A stretch of DNA of 64,000 nucleotides from Cetorhinus maximus (taxonomy: Eukaryota): contig NC_135882.1 in the NCBI RefSeq assembly GCF_964194155.1, positions 22,692,001 to 22,756,000 on the forward strand, written 5' to 3'. Below the pieces are notes generated by a model. It was not told the origin of the DNA. It did no database searches and saw nothing but the letters and a program-made list of their open reading frames with translations. This document shows, in pieces, positions 39,482 to 52,081 of this stretch; the stretch's first letter is position 1; every line of letters begins with the position of its first letter. The translations under genes and the position numbers were made by a program.

Positions 39482-39752
39482 TGTAGAGTAATGGGTTAAT
39501 GGTTATGTTAATGAGACCATGATGCTATTAATGATGGAACTTTGATATCAGCAGTCAGAGAGGTTCCAAGGGAGCTAGGTGCAGAATAGTCCGTACCTGA
39601 AACCCTGAGGTCTTTGTAAATAGTCCCTAATAAATTGTTTGAATTTAAACTATACCGGCTGATAGGGAAGCAAAGCCTCATTGAGGACCAGAAAGACTCG
39701 AAAGCACGGTATTAGTAAAACCTCGCTAATGCTCGGCAACAACGTCAAAACA
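39482..39752 (+). mobile_element. Solo LTR, 271 bp
   Basis: TGTAGAG...AAAACA; AATAAA at ~39629; TSD TCTAC/GCTAC; first ~80 bp homologous to the reverse complement of the 8766-9014 right end. Confidence 0.85.
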
Positions 39753-40225
39753 GCTACTACTAGTGGAAGGGACAAGAAAGTGTTTAGGCTTGGTGCTCGG
39801 AGTCATGTTCTTTCTGGCTGCCATTGGAGATCATCAAAAAATAAAACTGAAGATGAGAAGTTCCAGGGCATAACAAATGTGAGAGACCACAGACAGGAGA
39901 AGGACTCGCTGTCATTCATCTGAGGAGCAGTCTTTGGGAATGAGTCCATAAAGAGTGCTGGTTGTAGGGAAGGAGGATAGGAGATCGCCACCAGCTCAAT
40001 GTTAGTACCCACTTCTGTTGAACTACCATTGGTAACAGTTATCAAGCCATGAGCTGAAGCCACATACCATGCCACACCTTTCTTCTAAAAGAGTGATGTG
40101 ATGCCTGCCCACCATTGTCACCTGCCTTTCTTTCCTCTTTCTGCAAGTGCAAATCAGGGGGTCAATGATTCCAGCTCAGCAGTACTTCACAGGACACTAG
40201 CACCAGTTTAGATACATCCACTTGG

Positions 40226-40366
40226 GGAGGTGTCAGCTGTGGCTCAGTTCATAGCACCCTCGCCTTTGAATCAGAAGGTTGTGGGTTCATGTCCCACTCC
40301 CAGAAACCAAGAACTGTGAATGTATTTGAAAGAGTTACATGCGATCTGTTGATAACTCGAAAGAGT
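40226..40366 (+). mobile_element. Short tRNA-headed SINE-like insert, copy A
   Basis: A-box TGGCTCAGTT, B-box-like GGTTCATGTCC; TSD TACATCCACTTGG (40213-40225 / 40367-40379). Confidence 0.9.
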
Positions 40367-41070
40367 TACATCCACTTGGGGGTTTTAAGCAAATGAACTA
40401 GATGGGAAGACACTGAACACGGAGCATGAGTCAGCAGGGGTAGCTCATGGTGGCTGGGGATTGGAGGAAGCAAGATTGGAGACAGCTTGCATCATGCATA
40501 GGCAAAAAATTCTGGGTTAAGGGGAAGATAATAAATATGACTTTTAATGTTGTAACCTTTGCAAATTACAAGACAGCTTCCTATATTGGACTTCACGGAC
40601 TTCTCCTGGAGCTGGGTAGGATTTCTCTTCCAATGCTTCTAGGCTGTTCCAGTTCATCCTGCTGCTGCTTTGTGTGCCTGGGGGCCTCTCTCCCCTGAGG
40701 CCTTCATACTAATGCTTCTTTTCAGGGCAAAGTGTGCAGCACAGAAACAATCCTAGAGACTTGCGTCAGGCTAATGACAACTCTTAAGGTGCCATGCTCC
40801 CCGTAAGATCCATGTTTATGGGTGGCCTTAGGTTGTGCACAGGTGTTATGTGTCTGTGGTTGTAGATGATGGTCCTAAATCCCAAACTGGAACTTCCTTC
40901 AGGATCAAATATTGGTAGGACCACGGGCTGCATTAACATGTAAGTGGCACGACACCTGCCAGGGAAAATGAGCATCTTCCTATCTATTGCAGTCCTAGTG
41001 GCTGTAGACTGGCTGAATATTGAAAAAGTGAAGTCCTTTATGATTCCTGAAGGCTATGACGTTATTTGAT

Positions 41071-41213
41071 ACTCTTTCGAGTTATCAACAGTCACAGATT
41101 GCAACTCTTTTGAGTACAATCACAGTTCTTGGTTTCCAGGAGTGGGACATGAACCCACAACCCTCTGATTCAAAGGCGAGGGTGCTATGAACTGAGCCAC
41201 AGCTGACACCTCC
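41071..41213 (-). mobile_element. Short tRNA-headed SINE-like insert, copy B
   Basis: Reverse complement of copy A with the same two termini; TSD ATGACGTTATTTGAT (41056-41070 / 41214-41228). Confidence 0.9.
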
Positions 41214-41907
41214 ATGACGTTATTTGATGGGGCACACTGGAAATCTGAGCACAGTCTACAACCCTCTGTAACATCAGGAATCCTGTTGCTCTTAAGTAAC
41301 AGACCCCTCTTGTTCTGCTGGTAGGCATCTACAAGGAAGGGGTTGAACTCTGATGATCAAACAAACATTGCACCTGTGACTTGCTTCACACATCTATATA
41401 TAGCTGATTCATGGATACTCAAAATGTTCCCAATAGTAGCTCAAAATGACCTGATACTCAGGGGAGACTTTTACAGCACCCCGCCTCCCGACATATTTGT
41501 AAGTGGGGGGGCACGTAAATAGGATACGTGGCTCGCCCACTGCCCTCCTGTCCACCCCTGAACTGTCCCCATAATACAGTGGGAGGATAAGGCATCAGCC
41601 AGCCCACCTGTCCATAGGCCCATTGAAGCCCTTAACTAGCCAATTAATGGAAAGTTAAGGGCCTCATTCCACCCCCGGTGCAATAATACTTGCAGCTGGT
41701 GAAGGCGGAACGAAGGAGGTCAGTCCACTACTTCGCCATCTCGGGTGAAAAGGTGGGAAGGAAAGTGGTTTACCTGCTTTGGGGGGGGTTTCCCTGTGCC
41801 CATCGGTGGCAACCCTCCCCAAAATGTTACTCTCCTTTTGTGACTACACTCTCCCTTCCTCGAAAACCCTCCCCTCAACCACTCTCCCCACCAACCCCTC
41901 TCCACAG

Positions 41908-42727
41908 GTACATAGGACTTAGGAGCAGGAGTAGGCCGTTTGGCCCTTCGAGCCTGCTCTGTCATTCAATGAGACTATGGCTGATCTGGTTGTGGTCTCA
42001 ATTTTGTCTTCCTGCCAGCCCCCCATAACCCTTGACTCCCTTGACTATCAAAAATCTATCTAACTCAGTCTGGAATAAATGTAACGACCCAGCCCCCATT
42101 GCTTTCTGGTGAAGAGAATTCTTCTGAGAGAAAAAAAATTCTCCTCATTTCAGTCTTAGAAGGTGACTTCTTATGCTTGAACTGTGACCCTGGTTCTAGT
42201 CTCCCCTACAAGAAGAAACATTCTCCTGGTATCCATTCTGTCAAGTCCCATCAGAACCTTAAATGTTTCAATAAGATCACCCCTCATTCTTCTAAACTCC
42301 AATGGGTACAGGCCCAATCTATTCAGCCTTTCTTCATAAGAAAGCACATCATCCCAGGAATTAATCGAGTTAACCTTCTCTGAACTGCTTCTAATGTAAG
42401 TATATCCTTTTGCAAATAAGGAGACCAAAACTATATTTAGTACTTCAGATGTGGTCTCACCAAGGCCCGGTATAGCTGCAGTAAAATGTCTCTACTTTAA
42501 TATTCCATTCCCCTTGCAATAAACAACAATGTTTTATTTGCCTTCCTAATCACTTGCTGTACCTTACATACTAACTTTTTGTGATTCATGTACCAGGACA
42601 CCCAGATCCCACTATAAAACAGAGTTCAGCAATCCCTCTCCATTTAAATAGTATACCGCTTTTCAGTTCTTTCTGCCAAAGTTGATAAGGTCACATTTTC
42701 CCACATTATACTGCATCTGTCAAATTA
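41908..42727 (-). mobile_element. CR1 3' fragment
   Basis: ORF 42171-42428 LSYEERLNRLGLYPLEFRRMRGDLIETFK; 3'UTR. Confidence 0.92.
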
Positions 42728-44600
42728 TGAACATATGAAAATATATGAAGTAGGCTATTCGGCCCCTCGAGCCTGCTCCACCATTCATTAAGATCGTGGC
42801 TGATCTGTTTGTTTTGAATTTCAGATTCTTATAACCTGATAACCTTTGATTCCCTTGCCTAATAAGAATCTACCTATCTCTGCCTTAAAGATATTCAATG
42901 ACCCCGCCTCCACCACCTTCTGAGGTAGACTGTTCTAAAGTCGCACAACCCTCAGAGAAAAAAATTCTCCTCATCTCCGTCCTAAAAGGGCGACCCCTAA
43001 TTTTAAAACAGCTTCCCCTAGTTCTGGACTCACCCACAAGAGGAAACATCCTTTCCACGTCCATTTTATCAATACCATTCAGGATTTTATACATTTCAAT
43101 CAAGTCACCCCTCACCCTTCTAAACTCCAATGAAAACAAGCCCAGTCCGTCTAACCTTTCCTCATAAGACAAACTGCTCATCCCAGGTATAAATCTAGTA
43201 AACCTTCTCTGAACTGCCTCTAATGCATTTACATCCTTCCTTAAATAAGGAGACCAAAACCGCACACACTATTCGAGACATGGTCTCACCAATGCTGTGT
43301 ATAACTGAAACATAACATCCTTACTTTTATGTTTAATTCCTCACGTAATAAGGATAGCATTCCATTAACCTTTTTAATTACATGCTGAACCTGCATACTA
43401 ACTTTTGTGACTCATGCACTAGAACACCTAGACCCCTCTGCACCTTGGATTTCTGCAGTTGCTCTCCGTTTAAGTAATACTCTGCTTTTTCATTCTTCCT
43501 GCCAAAGTGAACAACTTCACATTTCCCTACATTATATTCCATCTGTCATATTTTCTGTCTGTCTGCAACCTCCTTATGTCCTCTTCACAACATGCTTTCC
43601 AACCTATCTTTGTGTCACCTGCAAATTTAGCTACCATGCCTTTACTCGCCTCATCAAAGTAATTGATGTAAATTGTAAAAAGTTGAGGTTCCAGCACAGA
43701 CCCCTACGGGACTCCACTCGTCGCATCCTGCCCATCAGAAAAAGACCCATTCATGCATACTCTCTAAAAACAGAAAATGCTGGAAAAACTCAGCAGGCCT
43801 GACAGCATCTGTGGAGCGAGAAACAGGGTTAACGTTTTGAGTCCGCATGACTCTTCTTCAGAGTTGTGCGGACTCAAAACGTTAACTCTGTTTCTCTCTC
43901 CACAGATGCTGTCAGACCTGCTGAGTTTTTCCAGCATTTTCTGTTTTTACTTCATATTTACAGTATGTTTACAGTATTTTGCTTTTATGCATGCTCTCTG
44001 TTTTCTGCCAGCCAGCCAAACTTCTATCCATGCTAATATATTACCCACTACACCATGAGCTTTTATTTGCCACAATAACCTTTGATGTGGCACCTTATCA
44101 AATGCCTTTCGGAAATCCAAGTACAGCACATCTACAGGCTCCCCTTTATCCACAGCGCATGTTACTCCTTCAAAGAATTCCAATAACTTGGTTAAAAGTG
44201 CTTTCCTTTCACAAAACCATCTGACTCTTCCTGATTATTTTGAGTTTCTCTAAGTGCCCAGCTGTAACCTCTTTAATGATTGATTCTAACACCTTCCCCA
44301 TGACAGACATCAAGCTAACTGGCCTATAGTTTCCTGTTTGCTGCCTCCCTCCCTTTTTGAATTATGTTTGCTACTTTCCAGTTTGATGGAACCTTTCCAG
44401 AATCTAGGAAATTTTGGAAAATTAACACCCAATATATCTGCTACCTCATTAGCCATTTCTTTTAAGACCCTGGGATGAAGTCCAACAGGACCCGGAGACT
44501 TGTCAGCCCACAGCTCCATTAGTTTACTCAGTACCTCTTCCCTAGTGATTATAGTTTCACCAAGTTCCCGTCACCCTTCCATCTCCTGATTTACACTCAC
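42728..44600 (-). mobile_element. CR1 fragment ~1.9 kb containing a Penelope-type insert
   Basis: ORFs 42885-43265, 43947-44183 (YLDFRKAFDKVPH) and 44310-44519 (DKSPGPVGLHPRVLKE). Confidence 0.94.
43766..43986. mobile_element. Palindromic Penelope-type terminal-repeat insertion
   Basis: Arms 43765-43847 and 43867-43949 with ~3 mismatches; TSD ATGCATACTCTCT / ATGCATGCTCTCT. Confidence 0.85.
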
Positions 44601-44893
44601 TTAACCTATCTATATCCCCTTGTAGACATTTTACCTCCTCTTGAAAATTACTTTCCTACTTATTGTGGTATCATCAGCAAATTTAGCTGCCATACATTTG
44701 TTCTCCTCATCCAAGCCATTGATGTAGATTATAAATAGTTGAAGCCCCAGCACTGATCCCTGTCGCACTCCACTGGTTACAGCTTGCCAACACTCCTCTC
44801 TGCTTCCTGTTAACTAAGCAGTCCTCTATCCATGCTAATATGTTACCCCACACAACCTTTGGTATGGCACCTTATCAAATGCCTTTTGGAAAT
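44600..44893 (-). mobile_element. CR1 RT-core fragment
   Basis: GTATCATCAGCAAATTT (KFADDT), CCCCAGCACTGATCCCTG (QGSVLG), GGCACCTTATCAAATGCC (AFDKVP). Confidence 0.85.
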
Positions 44894-45939
44894 AGGTGTC
44901 CTGAGGGTTCCCGATCCCTCCCCGACCCAAAACCTTGGAATTACAGCTAAGCCCTGTTGGCCTGGATCTTCTTGTTACTGTTTGTAGACCCAGAAGCGGC
45001 GACTACTGAGTTCTGGCGCTGCAGGGACGACTCAGCTGCCAGCCAATCGAATTGGTCAGCTGCGCTTGAGCGGGCCTTCCTTTCCCTGAGGGGCGAAAGT
45101 CCCATAATTACACTGGGGCATGGCCTTAACAAGGTGGTATTGCTGTAGGGAAGCCTCTTTTAAAGTCAGTCGGCTTGCAACCAACTTATCTACTGGGGTG
45201 GGGGGCGGTGACAGGGGCAGCGTGGAGGGTGAGCAAATCGCTTTTGCCCCTCCCCCTGCCCCTCCACCGGTAAAATCTGGCTTGTAGATTTGAAAGCAGT
45301 GGTCATGCTTTAAGAGCCACTGGCTGTATTGTTCACGTGGCAAAGTCTGCTCACAGCAACTGTCATGACTTCCCTGGTGAGTAGAAACCACCATTTGGCA
45401 TTGCTCCTGTGTTATTTGGAGGTACGTCTGTCAGTGATTATGGATTCTGATGTGGGAAGCACCAATGGGTAGGCACAAAGTGCCTCTGTTGGAGCCTGAG
45501 AGGGAATTGCCAGTGGGCGACCCACTGTGGCACAGCACTCAAAAAGGCAACACCAAAGCAATTGTCATAAAGACATCATGGAAAATTAACAAAAGCAAAC
45601 ATTAATGGTTTCTTTAAACAGAGTCCCATTGCAAGTTGGCATCTAACATTCAAGAATGCTGGTTTGTATGGGCGAATGAATGAAACAGCATTTAATGGGT
45701 GTACATGACAGAAAATTCAATGGTTGATACCACATCATTATGCATCAATTTCCACACAGCAGACGAGTGGGTGGGAGCCCCCTTATTCTCCAAGGGTCTC
45801 TAGGTTAGGAAAACAGCTGATCGTTATACTGGAAATATCTATAAAGCAATTAACCAATAGGGAATAAAGGATAGCAGCACACATTTACAGATTTAATGAG
45901 AGAGTCATATCAAAAGTATGAAGGTTATTGCTCAATGCC

Positions 45940-46640
45940 ACACAGAATCACAGAATCTTAACGGTATAGAAGGAGGCCATTTGGCCCATTGTGTCTGCAC
46001 CGGCTCTCCAAATGAGCATTATGACCTAGTGCCATTCTCCTGCCTTTTCCCTGTACCCCTGCACATTGTTTCTATTCAAATAGTCATCTCATGCCATAAG
46101 ACCATAAGACATAGAAGCAGAAATTAGGCCATTTGTCCCATCGAGTCTGCTCCGCCATTCAATCATGGCTGATAAGTTTCTCAACCCCATTCTCCCGCCT
46201 TCTCCCCATAATCTTTGATCCCCTTACCAATCAAGAACCTATCTATCTCGGTCTTAAATACACTCAATGACCTGGCCTCCACAGCCTTCTGTGGCAATGA
46301 ATTCCATAGATTCACCACTCTCTGGCTAAAGAAGTTTCTCCTCATCTCTGTTCTATAAGGTCTTCCCTTTACTCTGAGGCTGTGCCCTCGGATCCTAGTC
46401 TCTACTACTAATGGAAACATCTTCCCCACGTCCACTCTATCCAGGCCTTTCAGTATTCTGTAAGTTTCAATCAGATCCTCCCTCATCCTTCTAAACTCCA
46501 TCGAGTATAGACCCAGAGTCCTCAAATGTTCTTCATATGTTAAGCCTTTCATTCCTGGGATCGTTCTCATGAACCCTCTTGAATGCCTCGATTGAACCTG
46601 CTTCCACCACGCTTCCAGGCACTGCATTCCACACTCCTTG
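45940..46640 (-). mobile_element. Older CR1 3'UTR interrupted by a young CR1
   Basis: CACAGAATCACAGAAT tail at ~45941; continues CTCTTGAATGCCTCGATTGAACC after 46575. Confidence 0.75.
46094..46575 (-). mobile_element. Young CR1 3' fragment, same subfamily as 4479-6245
   Basis: Near-identical to 4479-4870; ORF 46181-46627 ends with the intact C-terminus RRNFFSQRVVNLWNSLP..GEWG. Confidence 0.96.
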
Positions 46641-47094
46641 TTAATTCTAATTGGCAGAAAATCACAGGCTATGCACCCACAACTTCCTGAGATGTGGTCC
46701 TTGCTGGGATTGTTGGGATGTAGACATCTTAACTATAAGTTGTAAGTGATAAAAAGCTGGTGGGGGGGAGAGAATGCAATAAAGTAGCTGTCACTGCATA
46801 TATCAGCGCTGGAAGAGAAAGTAATCTTCATGTTTATGTATAAATTTTCCAGCCTACCACAACTCCAAGATGAAATCATTTAAATAGTCTGAAGAAAGAA
46901 TTCTGCCAGATTTTGCTGCTGTAACATTTCTTTAGTTGGGAGATGAGAGTACAACATATAAGTTGTAACAGAAAACAGCTGAGAGTGTGACGCCTGAGTT
47001 AAGATCAATGGTCATAATGTGGGGAAATTGAAACTCCACTCTTTAGAGAAGGGGGAAAAAAGTACAATGAGAACAGCACATGGAGCCACCATTG

Positions 47095-47858
47095 GATGAA
47101 AAAATATTGGCAGGTGAAATCAAAGAAAATCCTAAGATGTTTTACCAGTACGTTAAGAGCAAGAGAATAGCTAAGGAAAGGGTAGAGCCTATCAGAGATG
47201 TACATTGTAACCTGTGGGTTGATGCCAAAGATGATGGCAGGGTTCTCAATGAGTACTTTATCTCTGTCTTCACTAAGGAGAGGGATGATGCAGACATTAT
47301 AATTAAAGAAGAGGAGTGTGAAATATTAGATACAATAAGCGTAGTGAGAGGGGAGATACTGGAGGGACTAGCATCCTTGAAGGTGGATAAATCACCAGGG
47401 CTGAATGGAATGTATCCCAAGCTATTGAAGGAAGCCAGGGAGGAAATAGCAGATGCTCTGAGGATCATTTTCCAATCCTCACTAGGTAGAGGTGAGCTCC
47501 CAGAGGTTGGAAGTCTGAGAACGTTGTACCATTAGTTAAAAAGTGTGCAAGAGATAGGCCAGAAAATTATAGGCCACTATAGTTTACAGTTCGACTTCGG
47601 TGGTAGGTAAATTATTGAAAACAATTCTTGAGAGACAGGATAAACTATCACTTAGAAAGGTACGGGTTGATCAGGGACAGTCAGCATGGTTTTGTTAGGG
47701 GAAGATTGTGTCTTACTAACTTAATAGAATTTTTTGAGGAAGTCACAAGGAGGATTGATGAAGGTAGTGCAGTGGTTGTTGTCTGCATGGATTTCATTAA
47801 AGCATTTGACCAGGCCCCAAATGGCAGACTGGTCAGGAAATTGAGATCTCATGAGTTC
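47095..47858 (+). mobile_element. CR1 ORF2 internal fragment
   Basis: ORFs 47080-47535 (IKENPKMFYQY, DKSPGLNGMYPKLLKE) and 47628-47864 (SQHGFVRGR.CLTNLIEFF). Confidence 0.93.
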
Positions 47859-47861
47859 ACA

Positions 47862-50800
47862 TGATGTGAACTGTGTGACATTGTCAGACACAATCTGCTC
47901 TGACGATCCAACACATTCCAGAGAGCATCAATGGTCTTGCTGAAGTAGTCGACTTCATGAGAATAATATGAGGCCACTTTGTGCGGGTGTCCACCACAAT
48001 CAAGAATACATGTCCGAGAAGTGGTCCAGCAAACTCCACATGAAGTCTCTGCCATGGGTGGTCAGGCCAAGCCCACGGATGTAATGGGGCAGGTGCAGGA
48101 GAAGACTTCATTTCTTGGCATGGAAGGCAATCACTGACCATGCATTCGATGTCTTTATCCAGGTGTGGCCACCGTACATGTAGACGAGCTAATGTTTTCA
48201 TTTTGACAATTCCCAAGTGACTGAGGTGAAGTTCCTCTAACACTCGTGTTTGGAATTTTGGAGGAATAACAACTCTGATTCCCAATAACAAACAACCGTC
48301 TTGCAGAGTCAGCTCAAATCTACCCATTAGTAAGGTTTAAGCTCAGTAGTCACTTCTTGAGGTACACATCAACCCTTCTGTGTGTACAAGTAAACTTTGG
48401 AGAGCACAGTATTCCTCTGCGTTTCAAGTTGAACTTGATCTGCATTAACAGGTAACATGTCTGCCTGGTTCACATTGAAAGCAGTGACTTCACTTTGGGT
48501 TGTGGAGCTGTGGTGTAACGGAAGTCTGGAAAGTGCGTCCACATTTCCATGATTCTCAGTAGAGCGAAATGTAATTTCGTACTGGTAAGCAGATAAGATC
48601 TGTGCCCACCTTTGTAGGTGTGCAGTGGCAAGTGTCGAGTTTGTGACTTCGGGCTAAGCAACCAGGTGAAAGGTTTGTGGTCTGGAACTAATGTGAATTT
48701 ACGCCCATACAAATATTGGTGGAACTTCTTGACTGCGTAGATTAGTCCAAGAGCTTCCTTCTCAATTTGGGCATAATTTTGTTCTGCCTTGGACAATGTG
48801 CATGAGGCGTATGCAATGGGCCTTTCACTGCCATCAGGAAATATGTGGGAGGTGACAGCTCCAACACCATATCCAGATGCATCACAAGCCAGGCTGACAG
48901 GTAACTTTTCATTGAAATGTGCCAGGACTTTAGCAAAAGCGAGCTCTTGCTCGAGTTCCTTGAAACTTCCCTGACAGGCTTGTGACCAATCCCATTTTGC
49001 ATTCTTCTTCAGCAGATTATTCAGTGGTACTGCTTTGGCAGCCAAACTGGAATGAACTTGCCGTAGTAATCCACAAGTCCCAAAAACAAAGGAAGCCCCT
49101 TAACATTTTGGGCTGAGGTGCATTCACCACTGCCTCCGCCTTTCTGGGTGAGGTTGAGAGGCCAGTTTCATTGATCACGTGTCCCAGGTACTCCACTGAG
49201 GGCTCCAGGAACGAGCATTTGGATTTCTTACAACGGATGCCTTATTTTTCCAGTCTACGCAGGAACCTGCCAAGGTTCTCTAAATGAGTTGGGAGGTTTT
49301 TCCTGGTGATGAGCATGTCATCTTGGAAGCAGATTACACCCTGCATATTTTGTCCATGGCCTGCTGGAATAAGGCTGATGATGACATGATTCTGAATGGT
49401 AGCCGTTTATATTGATACAGACCTCTGTGTGTGCTGATAGTTATATACTTCCTGGAATCTTCACTCAGCTGCATTTGCAAAAATGCCTGTGATAGGTCAA
49501 ACTTTGTGAATAATTCACCTCCATTCAGAGCAGTGAACAGTTCCTCAATTTTCAGTAGTGGGTACTGATGCACTTCCAGGAAAGGATTAATGGTGATTTT
49601 ATAGTCACCACATATTCTGATAGACCTGTCATCATTCACTCCTGGGACTATTGGAGCTGCCCACTCTGCATAATCAACTTCCTCAATTATCTGAAAGTTT
49701 TTAAGTCGTTCTAGTTCCTGCTCGGTTTTCTGTGGCATTGAGTAGGGAACTGAACTTGGCTTGAAGAACCTTGGAGAAGCTTCGGTCTTCACAGCAAGTT
49801 TGGCTTCAATGTCTTTAATAACTCCAAGACCTTCTCTGAAGACATCAGTATGCTTGTCTAACAAGGACAGCAACATGGGGTTGCAATGCACTTTATTTAT
49901 TTTATTCCAGTCCAGCCTAATTTCTTTTAGCCATTTCCTGCCCATAAGTGATGGGCAATCCCTTTTCACAATGATAAGTGACAATCTTGCTATTTGAGCT
50001 CCATATTTGGCTTGAATGGACATTTTTCCAAGTATATTCCCAGGCTCACCAGTGTAGGTGCTAAGCTGGAGGAGGGTTTTCTCCAACGGGCATTTCTTGA
50101 AAATTTTCTCCCATGTCTTTCCTGAAACAATAGGAACAGATGCTCCAGTGTCATCCTCCTTTTCAACCATTTTACCATTTATGCCAACTTTTAGTCCTTC
50201 ATCTAGTTTCAGGTCAGACTGATTGCAAATACTATTGCTCTTCTGCATTGTCGCTGTTAGGTTCGCTTTCTTTCTCGTCTGGACTCACATTACTTTTTGT
50301 ATTTTGTTTCCAAGTAATGCGTCTTTTTAAACTGCCTACTTTATTTTCAAGCGTAACTTGTCTGTGTGCTCCTCATGATGCCCTTTTCTTAGTGGCACTA
50401 CTTTACTGTGACCAGCCATTTATCATCATGCAAACTGTATGTGTCCTTTCTTTCCACAGAGTGACAATCAGCGGTTTTCCACTTACAGGCTTCTGTATTA
50501 TGCCCTGTTCCATTACAGAGGTAACACGTTTGAAAGCTAGTATACCCTGGCTTTACTATTTTAACTTTGGCATTGTTAGAATGCGCTTTCAAGTCTCCAG
50601 CTTGTTTCTCTGCCATTTCTATGTTTTGTGCAATCCTGAATGCTTTCTTTCAGTGTCAATTCTTGCTCTGCTAACAATCTATGCTGAATTCTTTCATTTC
50701 TTAGTCTACAAGCCAAGCTATCACACAACAAGTCTTCCAGGTAACCTTTAAAGTCACAATGTTCTGTTAATTTTCTCAACTCAGCCAGGAACTGGGAAAC

Positions 50801-51511
50801 TGACTCTCATGCTGTTCTCTTCAGTGAAACTTGAATCTGTCGGCAATAATTGCTGGTCTGGGATCGAAGTGGTTTTACAAAATGTCCTCGAGTTCTTTAA
50901 AGCTTTTATCTGCTGGCTTGTCAGGAGCAATGAGATTTCTCAGTAAAGTGAAATTTTTCATTCCGATGACTGTAAGAAACATTGTGGCCTGATTTTCCTC
51001 TTCGATCTCATTCACAATGAAAAACTGTTCCATTTGCTCGACAAAGTCCATAGTAGCTGGATCAAAAGCTTTTAAAGCCCCTAATAGTGGTGATCCATCC
51101 TTGTCGCCATTTGAAGTGTTTTGTAACATCTTAACAATTGGGAACACACACACACACCCACCCACCCCTATCTTCTTCCGAACCCCAGCTTCCTGTGTAA
51201 AAAAAATCAGAAGGTTCCTTTATTCCTTATTCTATACCAGAGGGCCATACATCGGGGACTTAGCACATCCTACTGTCAGGCTTTTTATATAACACTTCTT
51301 TTTAACTAAAATGTATTTTTACAAAAAAGCATGAACATAAACACAAGTATCACGGTTCTCTTTTGCAGCCAGTTATTATGCTTTTACCACAGGTCAGTAG
51401 GCCAATAGGTGATCTGCAGTGAGACTTTCCTCTCACTCAATCTAAGAAAGATGGGGAACTGTTTACTAAGTGAAGTGTGGTTTTTAACCACCTCCTAACT
51501 ACTCTCTGACA
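47862..51511 (-). mobile_element. Decayed Gypsy LTR retrotransposon, 3'-truncated within integrase
   Basis: 5' LTR ~51511-51112 (TGTCAG start, TATAAAA, AATAAA); PBS TGGCGACAAGG 51109-51099; gag CCHC knuckle CYLCNGTGHNTEAC; protease DTGAS; RT WAAPIV, RICGDYK, CFQDDML; RNase H CDASGYGVGAV; integrase HHCC and PWQRLH. Confidence 0.96.
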
Positions 51512-52081
51512 GGAAGCCCTTATCTCTTTCCTTTCGGTTACTGATACGTGAATAATTTGTGCAGAGTTTGGCTGATAGCATGCTTGTGAGGCTGCAGCTC
51601 AGTATCAAAGGAAAAGTTAGTGGTGGTGATAAAAATTAGTGGCGACTAATTCTTCTGAACAGTTCAATGGAGTCGCATGGACAGCCTTTGATGCAGTAAA
51701 GCCTCCCAAGGTGCTTCACAGGAGCAATTATCAAACAAAATGTGGCACACAACTCTCGGCACTACCGCTACTTTAGAAATGGAAGGTTGATGCTCCTCTT
51801 GTAGGTGTATTAAAGGAAGGTTGTCCAATTTAGGACTGAAAGTCAACATCTAGTGAAGGCCAGAGTGAAAACAGCGTAATGCAAATCCACTAATAGGTCT
51901 TTTTTGGTCCCGAAATTAGGTGACGTTTGGCGGTATCAAGAGGAAGGCAAAGGATACTCTTAGTTTTACTCGCGATTTTGTGAGACCCATCAACCCATGA
52001 TGCACATCTGTAAATAGATTTGAAGAGAACATGGTAGCAATGTGCGATTATAATAATCAAATGCAGCTGATTAGGCAGACA

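Larger units (their letters stand above)
41461..45281. mobile_element. Harbinger-type MITE split by a CR1 stack (41461-~41905 and ~44896-45281)
   Basis: Partial TIRs GGGAGACTTTTAC / GTAAAATCTGGC; both halves resemble 62134-62945. Confidence 0.55.

Noticed and set aside
39250-41450. Coding-like composition suggesting a decayed gene or old LINE
   Set aside because: No motif recognised in any frame; a translated homology search would be needed
49334-50248. 304-aa protease/RT ORF as a domesticated Gypsy gene
   Set aside because: Frameshifts before the catalytic DD motif, and the surrounding gag/pol is broken
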